Source: Candidatus Latescibacterota bacterium (GTDB taxonomy: Bacteria > Krumholzibacteriota > Krumholzibacteriia > WVZY01). Taken from it: a stretch of 64,000 bases of DNA. The position numbers were made by a program, and so were the translations under genes. Location: contig CAWBQK010000013.1 in the NCBI GenBank assembly GCA_963791045.1, forward strand, positions 52,694 to 116,693, read 5' to 3'. The notes under the pieces are model-generated. The model did not search any database. It was given only the letters and a program-made list of their open reading frames with translations, and had not been told where the DNA came from. The first letter of the stretch is position 1. Each line of letters begins with the position of its first letter. Shown here piece after piece: positions 23,813-34,300 of this stretch.

Positions 23813-26730
23813 GGCGTTTGTTCTTTCTACTGATTCTGGCGGCGGTCACTACCCCCTCACTGGCGGGAGCGCAGGAGTATTTCCAGCAAACCGTCGCCTA
23901 CAAAATAAACGTTCGGCTCGACCCAAAAGAACACATGCTCACCGGGACCGAGGAGATCGTCTATACAAACAACTCTCCGGATACGCTCAAGGAGTTTTAC
24001 CTCCATTTGTACCCGAACGCGTTCAAGTCAAAAGACACGGCGTTGATGACCGATGTACGCAAACGCTTCAACAGAACGATCTCCGACCTCCCCAAGAAAT
24101 ACAGAAGCTACCTGAACATCTATGACGTCCTGATCGACACAACACAAGTCTCTCCAATAATTGACGATACCATCGCCAAGTTCTTCCTGCCCCGTCCTCT
24201 GGCGCCGGGGGCAACCATGAAGATCTCGCTCCGATTCGAAGAAAAGGTTCGAAGGCACGCCGGTCGAGCCGGGTACCGCAAGGAGCACTATGACATCGCC
24301 CAGTGGTACCCAAAAGTCGTCGTCTATGATGAGAAGCGATTCCATCCGGACAAGTTCCGGTTGGGAGAATTCTACGGCGAGTTCGCGGACTATGATGTCT
24401 CGATCGATATTCCGATAAAGTACGTCATCGCCGCCACGGGAGTGCTCGAAGAGGGTGACGCAGGTTGGACGTACAACCCCGTGAAAGGCGACAGACGAAA
24501 GGGAGAGCGCGGGCAGGACAAAAAGTTCAAAACGGTCCGTTTCCGCGCCGAAAACGTCCACGATTTCGCGTGGAGCGCGAATCCGCGATTCAGCGTCCAG
24601 ACACAAACACTCAATGATGTCGAAATAATGAGCTTTTTCGACCGGGGCAACAAGTCGTGGAGAGACTCCACGCTGGCGCACGGAGTTCGCGCCGTCGAGT
24701 GGCTCTCAGAGAGGGTCGGGCTGTACCCGTATCCGCAGCTTTCCCTGGTCCAGGGACTGTTGCGCGGGGGGATGGAGTACCCGATGCTCGTCATGGACGG
24801 TCACGTGAGCGAATCGCTCGTCGTTCACGAAGTCGGCCACAACTGGTTTTACGGCGCTCTGGCGAATAACGAAAGAAACTCGGCATGGCTCGACGAAGGA
24901 CTGACAACATTCCAGACCGATTGGTACCTGACCGAACGTTACGGCAAATGGGGCAATAAGAAGAAGTGGAACCTGTACGAAAAAATCACGCCTCAATACA
25001 CACTCGTCGAAAAACAGAGGCGACGGGTTCTTCCCCTCATGCGCAGAGGATATTCCGAGCGCCTATCCAAGCCGGCGGAGAATTACAAACACGATTACGC
25101 GGCGATGGTTTACGGCAAAGGCTCGTTGATGTTCAACGCGCTGCGTTATGTCGTGGGCGAAGAGGATTTCGAAGAAATACTCAAAACTTACTATGAACGC
25201 TGGAAATTCAAACACGTCAACGAGGAGAGATTCCAGGCGGTGTGCGAAGAAGTCAGCGGCATGGACCTCAATCTGTTCTTCGAGCAGTGGATCCACACGA
25301 TCAAGGTTTGTGATTACAATCTCTCCAAAATGAAAACCACGGTCAATGAAAGCGGCGACGGCTACGTAACGGAGATAACCATTTTCAGACTCGGCGAAGT
25401 TGTACTGCCGCTCAATCTCAAGATTACGTTCCGCGATGGAACCACACAAACAACGCGAATCGAAGGCCGGCTGCGGACTATCAAAAAAACTTACTCGTTT
25501 CCGTCGAAGCCAAAGAAAGCGGCGCTCAACCCGGAAAACGAGATCCTCGACATTAACATGGCGGACAACTTCCTGCCGCGGCGCTACTCGCTTCAGATCG
25601 ACTGGCCAAACAACCGATACTACCCGGAGGATTCGTACCAAATCAGGCATCACCCGTATGTTTGGTACAACGATGTGGACGGCCCAAGAGTCGGTCTTCA
25701 TTTCAAGGGAAGCAACGCCGAGTGGAGCCGCCGCTTCAAATTGGGATTGTACTACGGCGTGGACAGCGGCCGGCTTGATGTCGCCGCCAAGTGGATACGT
25801 CCCTCGTCCATTTTCGGCACGCACACATTCGGCATTTTGTCCGGTTACAAACTTGAAGGCCGCCAGGACATAAACGTTGAACTCGCGTATCGCCGTCGAA
25901 AAGAACTGTCGCGTCCGCCGACTCACAATTTCGCGATCGGCATGAACTACCACGAACTCCGGCGCTCGCAGTACATCTCCAACCCGGAACAGTACCAGGA
26001 AAACTCGGACGTCGCGCCGTACATAAATTACCAGGTCGACCCGCAGTTCGATCTCTTCTCGACCGACCTCGACTTCGGCCTGCGGTTCGGACGAGAGTGG
26101 TTCGGCGGCCGATCTAAGTACACCCGGTTCAACAGTTCGGTTGGCTTGAAATCACGCCCCGAGCTCTCTCGCTTCGACACGCGTTTTCGGATGTTTTTTG
26201 GTGTCGTGGATGCGGAATCCCCGTATCAGCAGAAGTTCTATCTTGCCGGCGGCGGCCCTCTTGCCGAGGAAAAGGTATTCTTCCTCCGAAGCCCCGGCGC
26301 CATCCCCAAGGATCTCAATTACCACGAGCCCGGACACGGCAACCTCAGAGGTTATTTCACGGGGAATTTTGGCGTGAATCGTCTGTTCTCGCTCAATCTT
26401 GAAATGGGCGGCAAGGTGCCCCTGATCTCGAGCAGCAAAAAGAAATTTCTCGGCGAGATTAAGGTATATGCTTTTGGAGATGCCGGGTGGGTTATGGATT
26501 CAACAAATCCCATCGGGACGAGCGAACGGATTGGAGATCTCGTCAACGATGGGATCTTTGATGACACACTTGCCGATGCGGGGATCGGTTTTACTCTCGC
26601 GCGGGATCTTCCCTTCTGGAAAATGCTGCTGAGACTCGACATCCCCTTCTGGGTGGGGCAGCCAAAGATAAACGGCGAAACCCAACAGACCCAACACCGC
26701 TACGTTTTCAGTCTCAAAACATCATTCTAA
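23809..26730 (+). CDS. secreted M1-family zinc metallopeptidase domain fused to a C-terminal Omp85-family beta-barrel
   Basis: Signal peptide (MRRLFFLLILAAVTTPSLAGA). Gluzincin motif HEVGHNWFYG...NSAWLDEG (HExxH-x18-E). The C-terminal ~420 aa have amphipathic strands and an Omp85-like KFYLAGGG...LRGY motif, and end ...YVFSLKTSF. Confidence 0.8.
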   Translation: MRRLFFLLILAAVTTPSLAGAQEYFQQTVAYKINVRLDPKEHMLTGTEEIVYTNNSPDTLKEFYLHLYPNAFKSKDTALMTDVRKRFNRTISDLPKKYRSYLNIYDVLIDTTQVSPIIDDTIAKFFLPRPLAPGATMKISLRFEEKVRRHAGRAGYRKEHYDIAQWYPKVVVYDEKRFHPDKFRLGEFYGEFADYDVSIDIPIKYVIAATGVLEEGDAGWTYNPVKGDRRKGERGQDKKFKTVRFRAENVHDFAWSANPRFSVQTQTLNDVEIMSFFDRGNKSWRDSTLAHGVRAVEWLSERVGLYPYPQLSLVQGLLRGGMEYPMLVMDGHVSESLVVHEVGHNWFYGALANNERNSAWLDEGLTTFQTDWYLTERYGKWGNKKKWNLYEKITPQYTLVEKQRRRVLPLMRRGYSERLSKPAENYKHDYAAMVYGKGSLMFNALRYVVGEEDFEEILKTYYERWKFKHVNEERFQAVCEEVSGMDLNLFFEQWIHTIKVCDYNLSKMKTTVNESGDGYVTEITIFRLGEVVLPLNLKITFRDGTTQTTRIEGRLRTIKKTYSFPSKPKKAALNPENEILDINMADNFLPRRYSLQIDWPNNRYYPEDSYQIRHHPYVWYNDVDGPRVGLHFKGSNAEWSRRFKLGLYYGVDSGRLDVAAKWIRPSSIFGTHTFGILSGYKLEGRQDINVELAYRRRKELSRPPTHNFAIGMNYHELRRSQYISNPEQYQENSDVAPYINYQVDPQFDLFSTDLDFGLRFGREWFGGRSKYTRFNSSVGLKSRPELSRFDTRFRMFFGVVDAESPYQQKFYLAGGGPLAEEKVFFLRSPGAIPKDLNYHEPGHGNLRGYFTGNFGVNRLFSLNLEMGGKVPLISSSKKKFLGEIKVYAFGDAGWVMDSTNPIGTSERIGDLVNDGIFDDTLADAGIGFTLARDLPFWKMLLRLDIPFWVGQPKINGETQQTQHRYVFSLKTSF

Positions 26731-26797
26731 CGCTTTCGCCGGCCGGGCTGTTAGACGCACGACCGGCTCCGCACCTTCGGGCTCCGCACGCAGACGG

Positions 26798-27910
26798 CTA
26801 CCCTAGTATGTCTTTGACCGCTGCAACGACCTCATCGACCATCTCGTCGGTGAGCTCGGGGTACATCGGAAGCGAAACGATTTCCTTGGCCGCTTTCTCC
26901 GCCACCGGAAACGCGCCTTCGCCAATCCCAAGGTCCTCGTAGGCCTTCTGCAGATGAAGCGGCACGGGATAATGGATCCCGGCGGCGATTCCGCGTTCGC
27001 CAAGCCCGTTGAGCAGCTTGTCCCGATCCGGCGTCCTTACAACATAGAGATGATAAACATGGTACCGTCCGGGGCCTTCCCTGACCGGACGAACCGGCCC
27101 GTCGGCAAATCCTTCGTCGTATCGTTTCGCGCGGCTGCGGCGGCTTTCGTTCCAACCGTCAATGTAACCCAGCTTGACATCGAGAACCGCCGCCTGGATT
27201 CCATCCAGACGGTAATTAAAACCCACGTGTGAATGTGTGTACTTGTCGAAACGGCCGTGATTGCCCAGGCGCCGCATAAAGTCCGCCTGGTCGGCATCAT
27301 CGGTCACGATCATACCCGCGTCCCCGTACGCGCCGAGATTTTTGCCCGGATAAAAACTGTAACAGGTGAGGTCACCCAAAAGAGCCCTCCGGCTCCCATT
27401 GAGATTCGCGCCGTGGGCCTGAGCGGCATCGGCAACGACCTTTATGGAGTGACGCGATGCGATATCCATAATCGCCTCCATGTCCGCGCTCTGGCCGTAG
27501 AGGTGGACGGGAACAATCGCCTTGGTCTTGTCCGTGATCGCCGCCTCGACTTGTTCCGGATCGATCGTCAGCGTATCGTCGGTTACGTCCACAAGAACCG
27601 GGCGCGCGCCGGTGTGTGAAATCGCCTCCGTTGTCGCAATAAACGTGTTGGTCGCCGTGATGACTTCATCGCCGGGGCCAATGCCGAGCGTGGTCAGCGC
27701 CAGGTGAAGCGCCGACGTACCGCTGCTCGTTCCGACGCCGTATCCGGCCTCGACATATTTCGCATAATTCTTCTCGAGAGTTTCCAGCTTCTTGCCACCG
27801 ACGAATGCCGTGTTCTCGATAATTTGCGCGATCGCGGGATCGACCTCGCTCTTAATGCTCTGGTACTGGGCTTTGAGATCGACAAACGGGATTCCCATGA
27901 CTGGTATCAC
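26798..27910 (-). CDS. DegT/DnrJ/EryC1/StrS-family PLP-dependent sugar aminotransferase
   Basis: Family-wide conservation (FVDLKAQY, GTSSGTSALHLAL, ...FYPGKNLGAYGDAG, HYPVPLHLQ). Confidence 0.9.
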   Translation of the reverse strand: MIPVMGIPFVDLKAQYQSIKSEVDPAIAQIIENTAFVGGKKLETLEKNYAKYVEAGYGVGTSSGTSALHLALTTLGIGPGDEVITATNTFIATTEAISHTGARPVLVDVTDDTLTIDPEQVEAAITDKTKAIVPVHLYGQSADMEAIMDIASRHSIKVVADAAQAHGANLNGSRRALLGDLTCYSFYPGKNLGAYGDAGMIVTDDADQADFMRRLGNHGRFDKYTHSHVGFNYRLDGIQAAVLDVKLGYIDGWNESRRSRAKRYDEGFADGPVRPVREGPGRYHVYHLYVVRTPDRDKLLNGLGERGIAAGIHYPVPLHLQKAYEDLGIGEGAFPVAEKAAKEIVSLPMYPELTDEMVDEVVAAVKDILG

Positions 27911-28127
27911 CTTTCGATATGAATTCTAATCTTTATGAAGGATGCATCCGGCGGAGGAACTTCACCACCAATCCACCCAAATATCAGCTATGCAGAATAC
28001 CACATATAACCTGACGCGGCAAGGCGTTACGTGCATAAAACGCGCCAGAAAGGTTTGACAACCGCGCAAAAACACCGATAGAATGGATTTTCGGTGAGGA
28101 TGGGAGCACACTCACGATTGGAGCCCA

Positions 28128-29300
28128 ATGTCCGCAGAACGAAGAACGATGCTGATATTGTTTGCCGTGGCGCTGGGATTGCGAGTTCTTTACGGCGCAT
28201 TTCTCGCCAACCAACCCGACCTCGTTCCCAGCCCCATAACTTCTGACCTGAGTTATGCGAAGGAAATAGCCACGGGAACTCGATGGTTCAACGAGCCGTT
28301 GTCACCGCGATCGCCAGGGTACCCCCTGGTTCTGGCGTCATTCTACGTCGTTTCGGCCAAGCATTTCTGGCTGATGATATTTCTCCAGGCAATCCTCGGG
28401 GCGTTGACGGTCGTTCTTCTCTACCGGATAGGGACGAGAATGCTGGGCCCGGTCTTCGCGGTGGTCGCCGCGCTCTGGTTCGCGTTCCATGTCTTTCATA
28501 TGCATGTCGGGCATTTCTTCCACAGGGACATCCTGAGTGTTTTCCTTTTGACGCTCCTCGTGTACATACTGACACGGCCATTCAAGCGGATGTGGTACGG
28601 ACTCATCGCTGGAATCATCTTCGCGGCGCTCGCGCATGTCGACCCGCAGTTTCTTCTCCTCCTCCCCGTGTTCGCAATTTTTATTCTGTTCAAATCACGG
28701 CACGGGTTTCTCAACATTCAGTATCTCTTTTTGTTTTTCTTCGCCGCGATCGTAATTTCGCTGCCGTGGACCATGAGGAACAACACCATCTACGGGCAAC
28801 CCATCCCCATTGGACTCGAAGCCAGAAAATACCTGCGACCGGCCAAATCCGTCGTGACAAATCCCGACAAGGGTTTGTCCGAACTCGAAAGCAAGATCAC
28901 GCGGGCGTCACGTGCCCGGCTCATCGAGAGAAACACCGTCGAGTTCTGGCGTTTCGCGAAATTCGAAGGGGACGTTGTGGAGTCCGCCGATTCAACGTTT
29001 GGCGGAGGGCTGGAGCCGGCGTGGTCGTTCCGGCACAATCTCGTCAGCATCCTCAATTACGGGATTCTGCTACCGTTCTTCGCCTTGGGGCTCGTGCTGG
29101 TCGTCCGCGACCGGAACAGAACCGGGCTCATGCTCGCTACGGTCACGGTCGCCTTTTTTGTCATGAGGATGTATCTCGGCGGGGATGAACGCATAAGGCT
29201 CGCCGTCGACCCATTTATTGTGATTCTGGCTTTCTACGGAATCTCATGGATGATCGGCACGCTGTGGAAACCCAGGTCGGCCGAAGACACCCAGGACTAG
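28128..29300 (+). CDS. GT-C fold membrane glycosyltransferase domain protein (ArnT/PMT-like), standalone homolog of the N-domains of the 47283/49439 paralogs
   Basis: Multi-TM. Motifs are shared with the TPR-fused paralogs (..LPWTMRNNTIYGQPIPI vs ILPVIIRNYVVGRDFVPI). Confidence 0.75.
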   Translation: MSAERRTMLILFAVALGLRVLYGAFLANQPDLVPSPITSDLSYAKEIATGTRWFNEPLSPRSPGYPLVLASFYVVSAKHFWLMIFLQAILGALTVVLLYRIGTRMLGPVFAVVAALWFAFHVFHMHVGHFFHRDILSVFLLTLLVYILTRPFKRMWYGLIAGIIFAALAHVDPQFLLLLPVFAIFILFKSRHGFLNIQYLFLFFFAAIVISLPWTMRNNTIYGQPIPIGLEARKYLRPAKSVVTNPDKGLSELESKITRASRARLIERNTVEFWRFAKFEGDVVESADSTFGGGLEPAWSFRHNLVSILNYGILLPFFALGLVLVVRDRNRTGLMLATVTVAFFVMRMYLGGDERIRLAVDPFIVILAFYGISWMIGTLWKPRSAEDTQD

Positions 29301-30838
29301 ACGTCCGCGCGGATGTCCCTTCCAGTCATCTCTTCCGGCGGCGAAATCCCAAGATAGTTACAGATTGTCGGGGCGATATCCCTCAGGGAGCCGTCCTTTA
29401 TGAGCTCGCCCCGGTAATTTGCATCCACAAGGACACAAGGCACTGGGTTGGTGGTGTGCGCGGTTTGAGGGCCACCGGTCACCGGATCGATCATCTGCTC
29501 GGCATTCCCGTGGTCGGCCGTCACGATGGCGACATCACGATTAGGATCCAGCGCGGCGAGCACTCTACCCACGCACGCGTCGACCGTTTCAACGGCCTTC
29601 ACCGCCGCGTCGAAGACACCCGTATGACCGACCATGTCTGGATTGGCGAAGTTGCACACGATGAAATCGTGTTTGTGTTCGCCAAGGATGCCGATCAGGG
29701 TGTCAGCGACTTCAGATGCGCTCATATCAGGTTTCATATCGTAGGTCGCCACTCTCGGGGATGGAATGAGGACACGTTCCTCTCCCCCGTATTCGACTTC
29801 GTTCCCGCCGTTAAAGAAATAGGTGACATGAGCGTACTTCTCGGTCTCGGCAATCCGCAGGTTGGTCATCCCCTGCTCTGACGCCACTTCGGCAAGAATG
29901 TTCGGAAGGCGTACCGGGGGAAACGCGACGGGAAAATCGAACCGTTTGTCGTACTGGGTCATTGTGACAAACGTGGTCTTCGGGAATACGTCCCTCTCGA
30001 AGCCATCGAATCCCGGGTCGGTCAGCGCGGAAGAGATCTCACGGGCGCGGTCAGCGCGGAAATTAAAAAACACGATTGCATCGCCGTCAATGATATTACC
30101 CACCGGAGAACCGTCGTCGCCGACCACAACTATCGGCTCGACGAACTCATCCGTCACGCCATTGTCGTAAGAGACGCCGAGGGCCGCGATCGCGTCGGTC
30201 GTGCGCACGCCGACGCCGCTTGTCAACATATCGTAACCGCGTTTGACGCGCTCCCACCGCTTGTCCCTGTCCATACAAAAATAGCGACCGACCACAGTTG
30301 CTATACTGCCGACACCCTTCTCGCCGAGCACCACCGACAGCTCGCGGAGATATTCCCTACCGCCCGTCGGCGACGTATCGCGGCCGTCCATCAACGCATG
30401 GATAAAAACATCGCGAACGCCGCTGCGTCTCGCCATCTCGACAAGCGCATAGATGTGTTCCTGGTGGCTGTGAACGCCGCCGGGCGAGACCAGCCCGAGA
30501 AGATGGAGCCGCCCTCCACCGCCGTCCGCGGCCGCGGCCATCGCCGTTTTCAACGCGGGATTCTCAAAAAAAGCTCCACTCTCGATCGACTCGGAAATCC
30601 GCTGGATGTCCTGGTACACCACGCGCCCTGCACCGAGGTTGAGATGTCCCACCTCGCTGTTTCCCATCTGTCCGGCGGGAAGCCCGACCGCGACGCCGTG
30701 AGGATCCAGACTTGTGTGCGAATAGTCTTCGAGCAGCCTGTCAAAAACAGGCGTCGACGCCGAACGAACGGCGTTGTCCGGGGTGTCTTCACCAATTCCC
30801 CAACCGTCCATAACGATGAGAAGTGTTCTGCGCTTCAA
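29297..30838 (-). CDS. gpmI: 2,3-bisphosphoglycerate-independent phosphoglycerate mutase
   Basis: N-terminus MKRRTLLIVMDGWGIGED and full-length iPGM conservation (~513 aa). Confidence 0.95.
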   Translation of the reverse strand: MKRRTLLIVMDGWGIGEDTPDNAVRSASTPVFDRLLEDYSHTSLDPHGVAVGLPAGQMGNSEVGHLNLGAGRVVYQDIQRISESIESGAFFENPALKTAMAAAADGGGGRLHLLGLVSPGGVHSHQEHIYALVEMARRSGVRDVFIHALMDGRDTSPTGGREYLRELSVVLGEKGVGSIATVVGRYFCMDRDKRWERVKRGYDMLTSGVGVRTTDAIAALGVSYDNGVTDEFVEPIVVVGDDGSPVGNIIDGDAIVFFNFRADRAREISSALTDPGFDGFERDVFPKTTFVTMTQYDKRFDFPVAFPPVRLPNILAEVASEQGMTNLRIAETEKYAHVTYFFNGGNEVEYGGEERVLIPSPRVATYDMKPDMSASEVADTLIGILGEHKHDFIVCNFANPDMVGHTGVFDAAVKAVETVDACVGRVLAALDPNRDVAIVTADHGNAEQMIDPVTGGPQTAHTTNPVPCVLVDANYRGELIKDGSLRDIAPTICNYLGISPPEEMTGRDIRADV

Positions 30839-30854
30839 TCGATTTCTCCTGAAA

Positions 30855-33146
30855 TCAAGGGTTTGTCTTCTTTGAACCCAACTCCTGGCGGACTCTCTGC
30901 AGGTTGCTCCGCGCCCGCCGGTTGTCCGGGTCGAGCTCGATTACTTCGAGGAATTCCCGCTCCGCATCCTCGAACCTGCCGACCGTCGCGTAGACCGAAC
31001 CGAGTGTCAGATGGCCGTTCGAGTATTTCGGCTCAACGCCGATGGCCATTTCACCATATTTTATCGATTCGTCGAAACGGCCCAGCTCCATGTTCATGAT
31101 CGCGAGGTTATTCATTGCATAAACATCATCCTTCTTCAGCGCCAGCGCTTTCTTGAAGGATTGTTCGGCAAGCGAAAATTGTTTCAGCCGCCCGTAACAC
31201 ACACCAATGTTATTCAACGCGCTCGGGAAGTTCGGATTCAACGCAAGGGCCTTTTTGAACTCCTCGATCGCCTCCGCATACTTGCCCTGCTCCTGGTATC
31301 TCTGCCCAAGATTGTTGTATGCATCCGGATTCTCGGGAGTGATGTACCCCAACGCTTCAAGCTTTTTGAGCGTTTCCTCATCCGCCGCGCCCGCGCCTTC
31401 CGGGACGTCACCCGTCGCGCGATTACGATTGAGTGTCGCGACGATCGTGGTATTCACCTCGTCGGCCAGCGCCGGTTCGAAAGCGTCGATAAGCACTTTT
31501 CCCGGCATGTCGGCGGCCTGCGGCAGACCCTCGAGTGCGAGAAAAGTGGGAAGAACATCGAGAACCGTTGCCCCATCGATCTTGTACCCCTTGCGAATCC
31601 CCGGGCCGTACATAGCGATGATACCGTTGAGCTGGTGCCAAAAAGCCGCGTGTCCGCCTCCAATCTGGCCACCGAGTTTTGGCCTGCCTTGTCCGCTTTT
31701 GAAACCATGGTCTGACGCGATCACCAAAACCGTCTCATCGTCACACATCTCGATAAACTCGCCGATGATCCCGTCCTGATAAATATAAGTCTGAAGCATC
31801 GCGTCTTTGTACTTTGCGAAGTCCGCCTCCGTGACCCATGACAGACGCGGCGGCGCGAAGTTCATAAAGAGATGGCCGACGGCGTCGCACCATTCGAAGT
31901 ACACCCCGAGAAAATCCGGCTGGTCGGCGGCAAGCAGATGTTTCGCGATGTTGTAATAAGACCTCGCCGACGCGTAGAGCATGATCATGTTGTTAACCGG
32001 GTTTTCAGGGTCGAACGCGACAACCTTGTTCTTGTCGAAGGTTTCGCGGTCGACATGGAGAAACCGTCTGAAATCCTCGTAATCTACGTCGGCGCTTTTG
32101 ACGATCAAATGGGACATCTCGTCGACCCTGTCGGCGGGCGACACGCTTCCCGGGGCGAGCTCGTCGCTTTCCCCCGCGTCCGCATAGGCGAGGTATCCGA
32201 CCCGGTCCGTGACCATCACGCCGTTGATCTCTTCGGCGGGATACGATGCCAGCCAACCGACGACATCCGCGCGGCGGCCGTGATCTCCAAAAATATTCCA
32301 GAGGGCATCGACCTTTCGGTACATGCGCGTGATCGGCATCCTCTTCCCCGTCTCTGGGTCGGTGACGGTGAAGTTGAGAATTCCGTGGTCCTCCGGAAGC
32401 TTCCCGGTTGCTATCGACGTCCAGATAAGAGGCGAGAGCAACGGTTCGATCGACCGTAGCCGGCCGGACGCGCCGCCTTCCAAAATCTTTTTGAAGTTGG
32501 GGAGAAATCCGGCCTCGATAAGCGGATCGATGATTTCCCAATCTCCGCCATCGACTCCCACAAAAATAATTTTTCTGAGCGGCTTTTCGGCAACGTTGAA
32601 AGTAACCCCTTCACCCGTCCCCGCAGTGACATCCCATGTGTCGACACGGAACCCATCCACGCTGATCCCAACTTTGCCGAGATCGGTTTTGATTTCGCGG
32701 AGCACGCCATTGACAAAATCATCCGGCGTTGCGATCGCCGGACCTGGGTATTCGGCAAGATTGATTTCAACGGATTCCCGGATCGACTCGGACAAACCCC
32801 GCTGCAAATCGGCTCCGTAACTTTTGTACAAGAACGCTCCCGAATCATCTTTGACGTTGAGTCGAAGTTCGAGCGCGACATTCGCTCGGCCGCCATCACG
32901 GGTCAAACCGGAATACGTCGACTCCGGAGGAAAACGCATTTCCACGGCACCCACTGGGTAAACGGCAAACGCCTGCGAAAACGGAAGGACAATATTAAAC
33001 CCGGGGCCATACTGCTTGGCCGCACCCGCCCCATCAATCCGGACCGCCTGATGCCCTTCGGGAACCCGTTTGACGACAAGCGCGGAGAGGATGGTAATCA
33101 CGGCGACCGCAACCAGCGAGAAAACAATGAATAAGCGTTTTTGCAT
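30855..33146 (-). CDS. alkaline-phosphatase-superfamily (type I phosphodiesterase/nucleotide pyrophosphatase-like) protein with C-terminal TPR repeats
   Basis: N-terminal TM anchor. AlkP-core motifs (IIFVGVDGGDWE..., ASDHGF). Five or more TPR repeats at the C-terminus (AYNNLGQRYQEQGKYAEAIEEFKKALALNP...). Confidence 0.8.
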   Translation of the reverse strand: MQKRLFIVFSLVAVAVITILSALVVKRVPEGHQAVRIDGAGAAKQYGPGFNIVLPFSQAFAVYPVGAVEMRFPPESTYSGLTRDGGRANVALELRLNVKDDSGAFLYKSYGADLQRGLSESIRESVEINLAEYPGPAIATPDDFVNGVLREIKTDLGKVGISVDGFRVDTWDVTAGTGEGVTFNVAEKPLRKIIFVGVDGGDWEIIDPLIEAGFLPNFKKILEGGASGRLRSIEPLLSPLIWTSIATGKLPEDHGILNFTVTDPETGKRMPITRMYRKVDALWNIFGDHGRRADVVGWLASYPAEEINGVMVTDRVGYLAYADAGESDELAPGSVSPADRVDEMSHLIVKSADVDYEDFRRFLHVDRETFDKNKVVAFDPENPVNNMIMLYASARSYYNIAKHLLAADQPDFLGVYFEWCDAVGHLFMNFAPPRLSWVTEADFAKYKDAMLQTYIYQDGIIGEFIEMCDDETVLVIASDHGFKSGQGRPKLGGQIGGGHAAFWHQLNGIIAMYGPGIRKGYKIDGATVLDVLPTFLALEGLPQAADMPGKVLIDAFEPALADEVNTTIVATLNRNRATGDVPEGAGAADEETLKKLEALGYITPENPDAYNNLGQRYQEQGKYAEAIEEFKKALALNPNFPSALNNIGVCYGRLKQFSLAEQSFKKALALKKDDVYAMNNLAIMNMELGRFDESIKYGEMAIGVEPKYSNGHLTLGSVYATVGRFEDAEREFLEVIELDPDNRRARSNLQRVRQELGSKKTNP

Positions 33147-33388
33147 TTACCCGTCTCCAGAGATGTGGTGTGAGGCCGCCAAAACCACAACCATGGTAGC
33201 GACTATAGGAGTCAGCGTCAAGGCGGGTACACCCCTTCGGGGCGCTTTTGTACTGGAACGACGCCGTTTTGTGGGATATAATGTGCTCCTCTCGGTCAAC
33301 CCAACACCCGGGGATGGTCATCGTCCAGGCGAGAGAATTGAGAAACTCATCAAAAGTTGAAACGCGGGTAAATCGACTGCTTTCCCGC

Positions 33389-34300
33389 ATGGCTTCCTCC
33401 AACTCGAAAAGGCCAATGCCCGAATCGCCATCATCGCTTCCAAGAGTCGCGGTCATCGTGCTCACGTGGAACGGCAAAACGTTGACGTTGGATTGTCTAA
33501 AATCACTTGCACGGCTCGAGTACGAAAATGTGGAAGTGATCGTCGTTGACAATGCGTCGACGGACGGAACCGTGGCGGCGGTGAGGGATTCATACCCGTC
33601 GCGTGTCACCGTCATCGAGAACAGCGACAACCTCGGTTTTTCGAGAGGCAACAATGTTGGCATTCAGTATGCGCTCCAAAACGGCGCCGACTACATACTG
33701 TTGCTCAACAACGATACGGAGGTGGATCCCGGTCTGATTGGCGGGATGTTGAACGAGATGACTTCAACCTCCGATATCGGAGTCGCCGGGGCCAAAATTT
33801 ACTACGCGTCCCCGGCCGACCAAATCTGGTTCGCCGGCGGGGAGGTATTTCTCTCACGCGGAACAACGAGACATATCGGAATCCGCGAAAGGGACACGGG
33901 ACAATTTGACATCGCTCACGACGTGGACTACGTCACCGGCTGCGCGCTGATGACAAAACGCGAGGTCTTGGAAGAGATTGGAGCCCTCGACCCCACTTTC
34001 GTGGCCTACTACGAGGATGTGGATTTTTGCATGAGGGCCCGGCGGGCGGGGTACCGCGTTGTCTACGCCCCGGCGGGCAAGGTCTGGCACAAGATATCCT
34101 CGAGCACCGGCGGTCAGGCGAGCGCCGCAAAAATATCGAGAAAACTGAGCAGCACGCTAATTTTCTTCAGGCGCTACGCTTCATGGTACCACTGGCTGAC
34201 GATACCGTTTTTCTTTGGCGCCGACGTAATAAGGATCTTATTTCTAATCTTTGCGGGGCGGATCCGCGACACGGGAGCAACCGTTAAAAGTGACAACTAA
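33389..34300 (+). CDS. family 2 glycosyltransferase
   Basis: ORF 33248..34300 trimmed to Met at 33389. VAVIVLTWNG...VVDNASTDGT...DNLGFSRGNNVG are GT2 hallmarks. Confidence 0.85.
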   Translation: MASSNSKRPMPESPSSLPRVAVIVLTWNGKTLTLDCLKSLARLEYENVEVIVVDNASTDGTVAAVRDSYPSRVTVIENSDNLGFSRGNNVGIQYALQNGADYILLLNNDTEVDPGLIGGMLNEMTSTSDIGVAGAKIYYASPADQIWFAGGEVFLSRGTTRHIGIRERDTGQFDIAHDVDYVTGCALMTKREVLEEIGALDPTFVAYYEDVDFCMRARRAGYRVVYAPAGKVWHKISSSTGGQASAAKISRKLSSTLIFFRRYASWYHWLTIPFFFGADVIRILFLIFAGRIRDTGATVKSDN

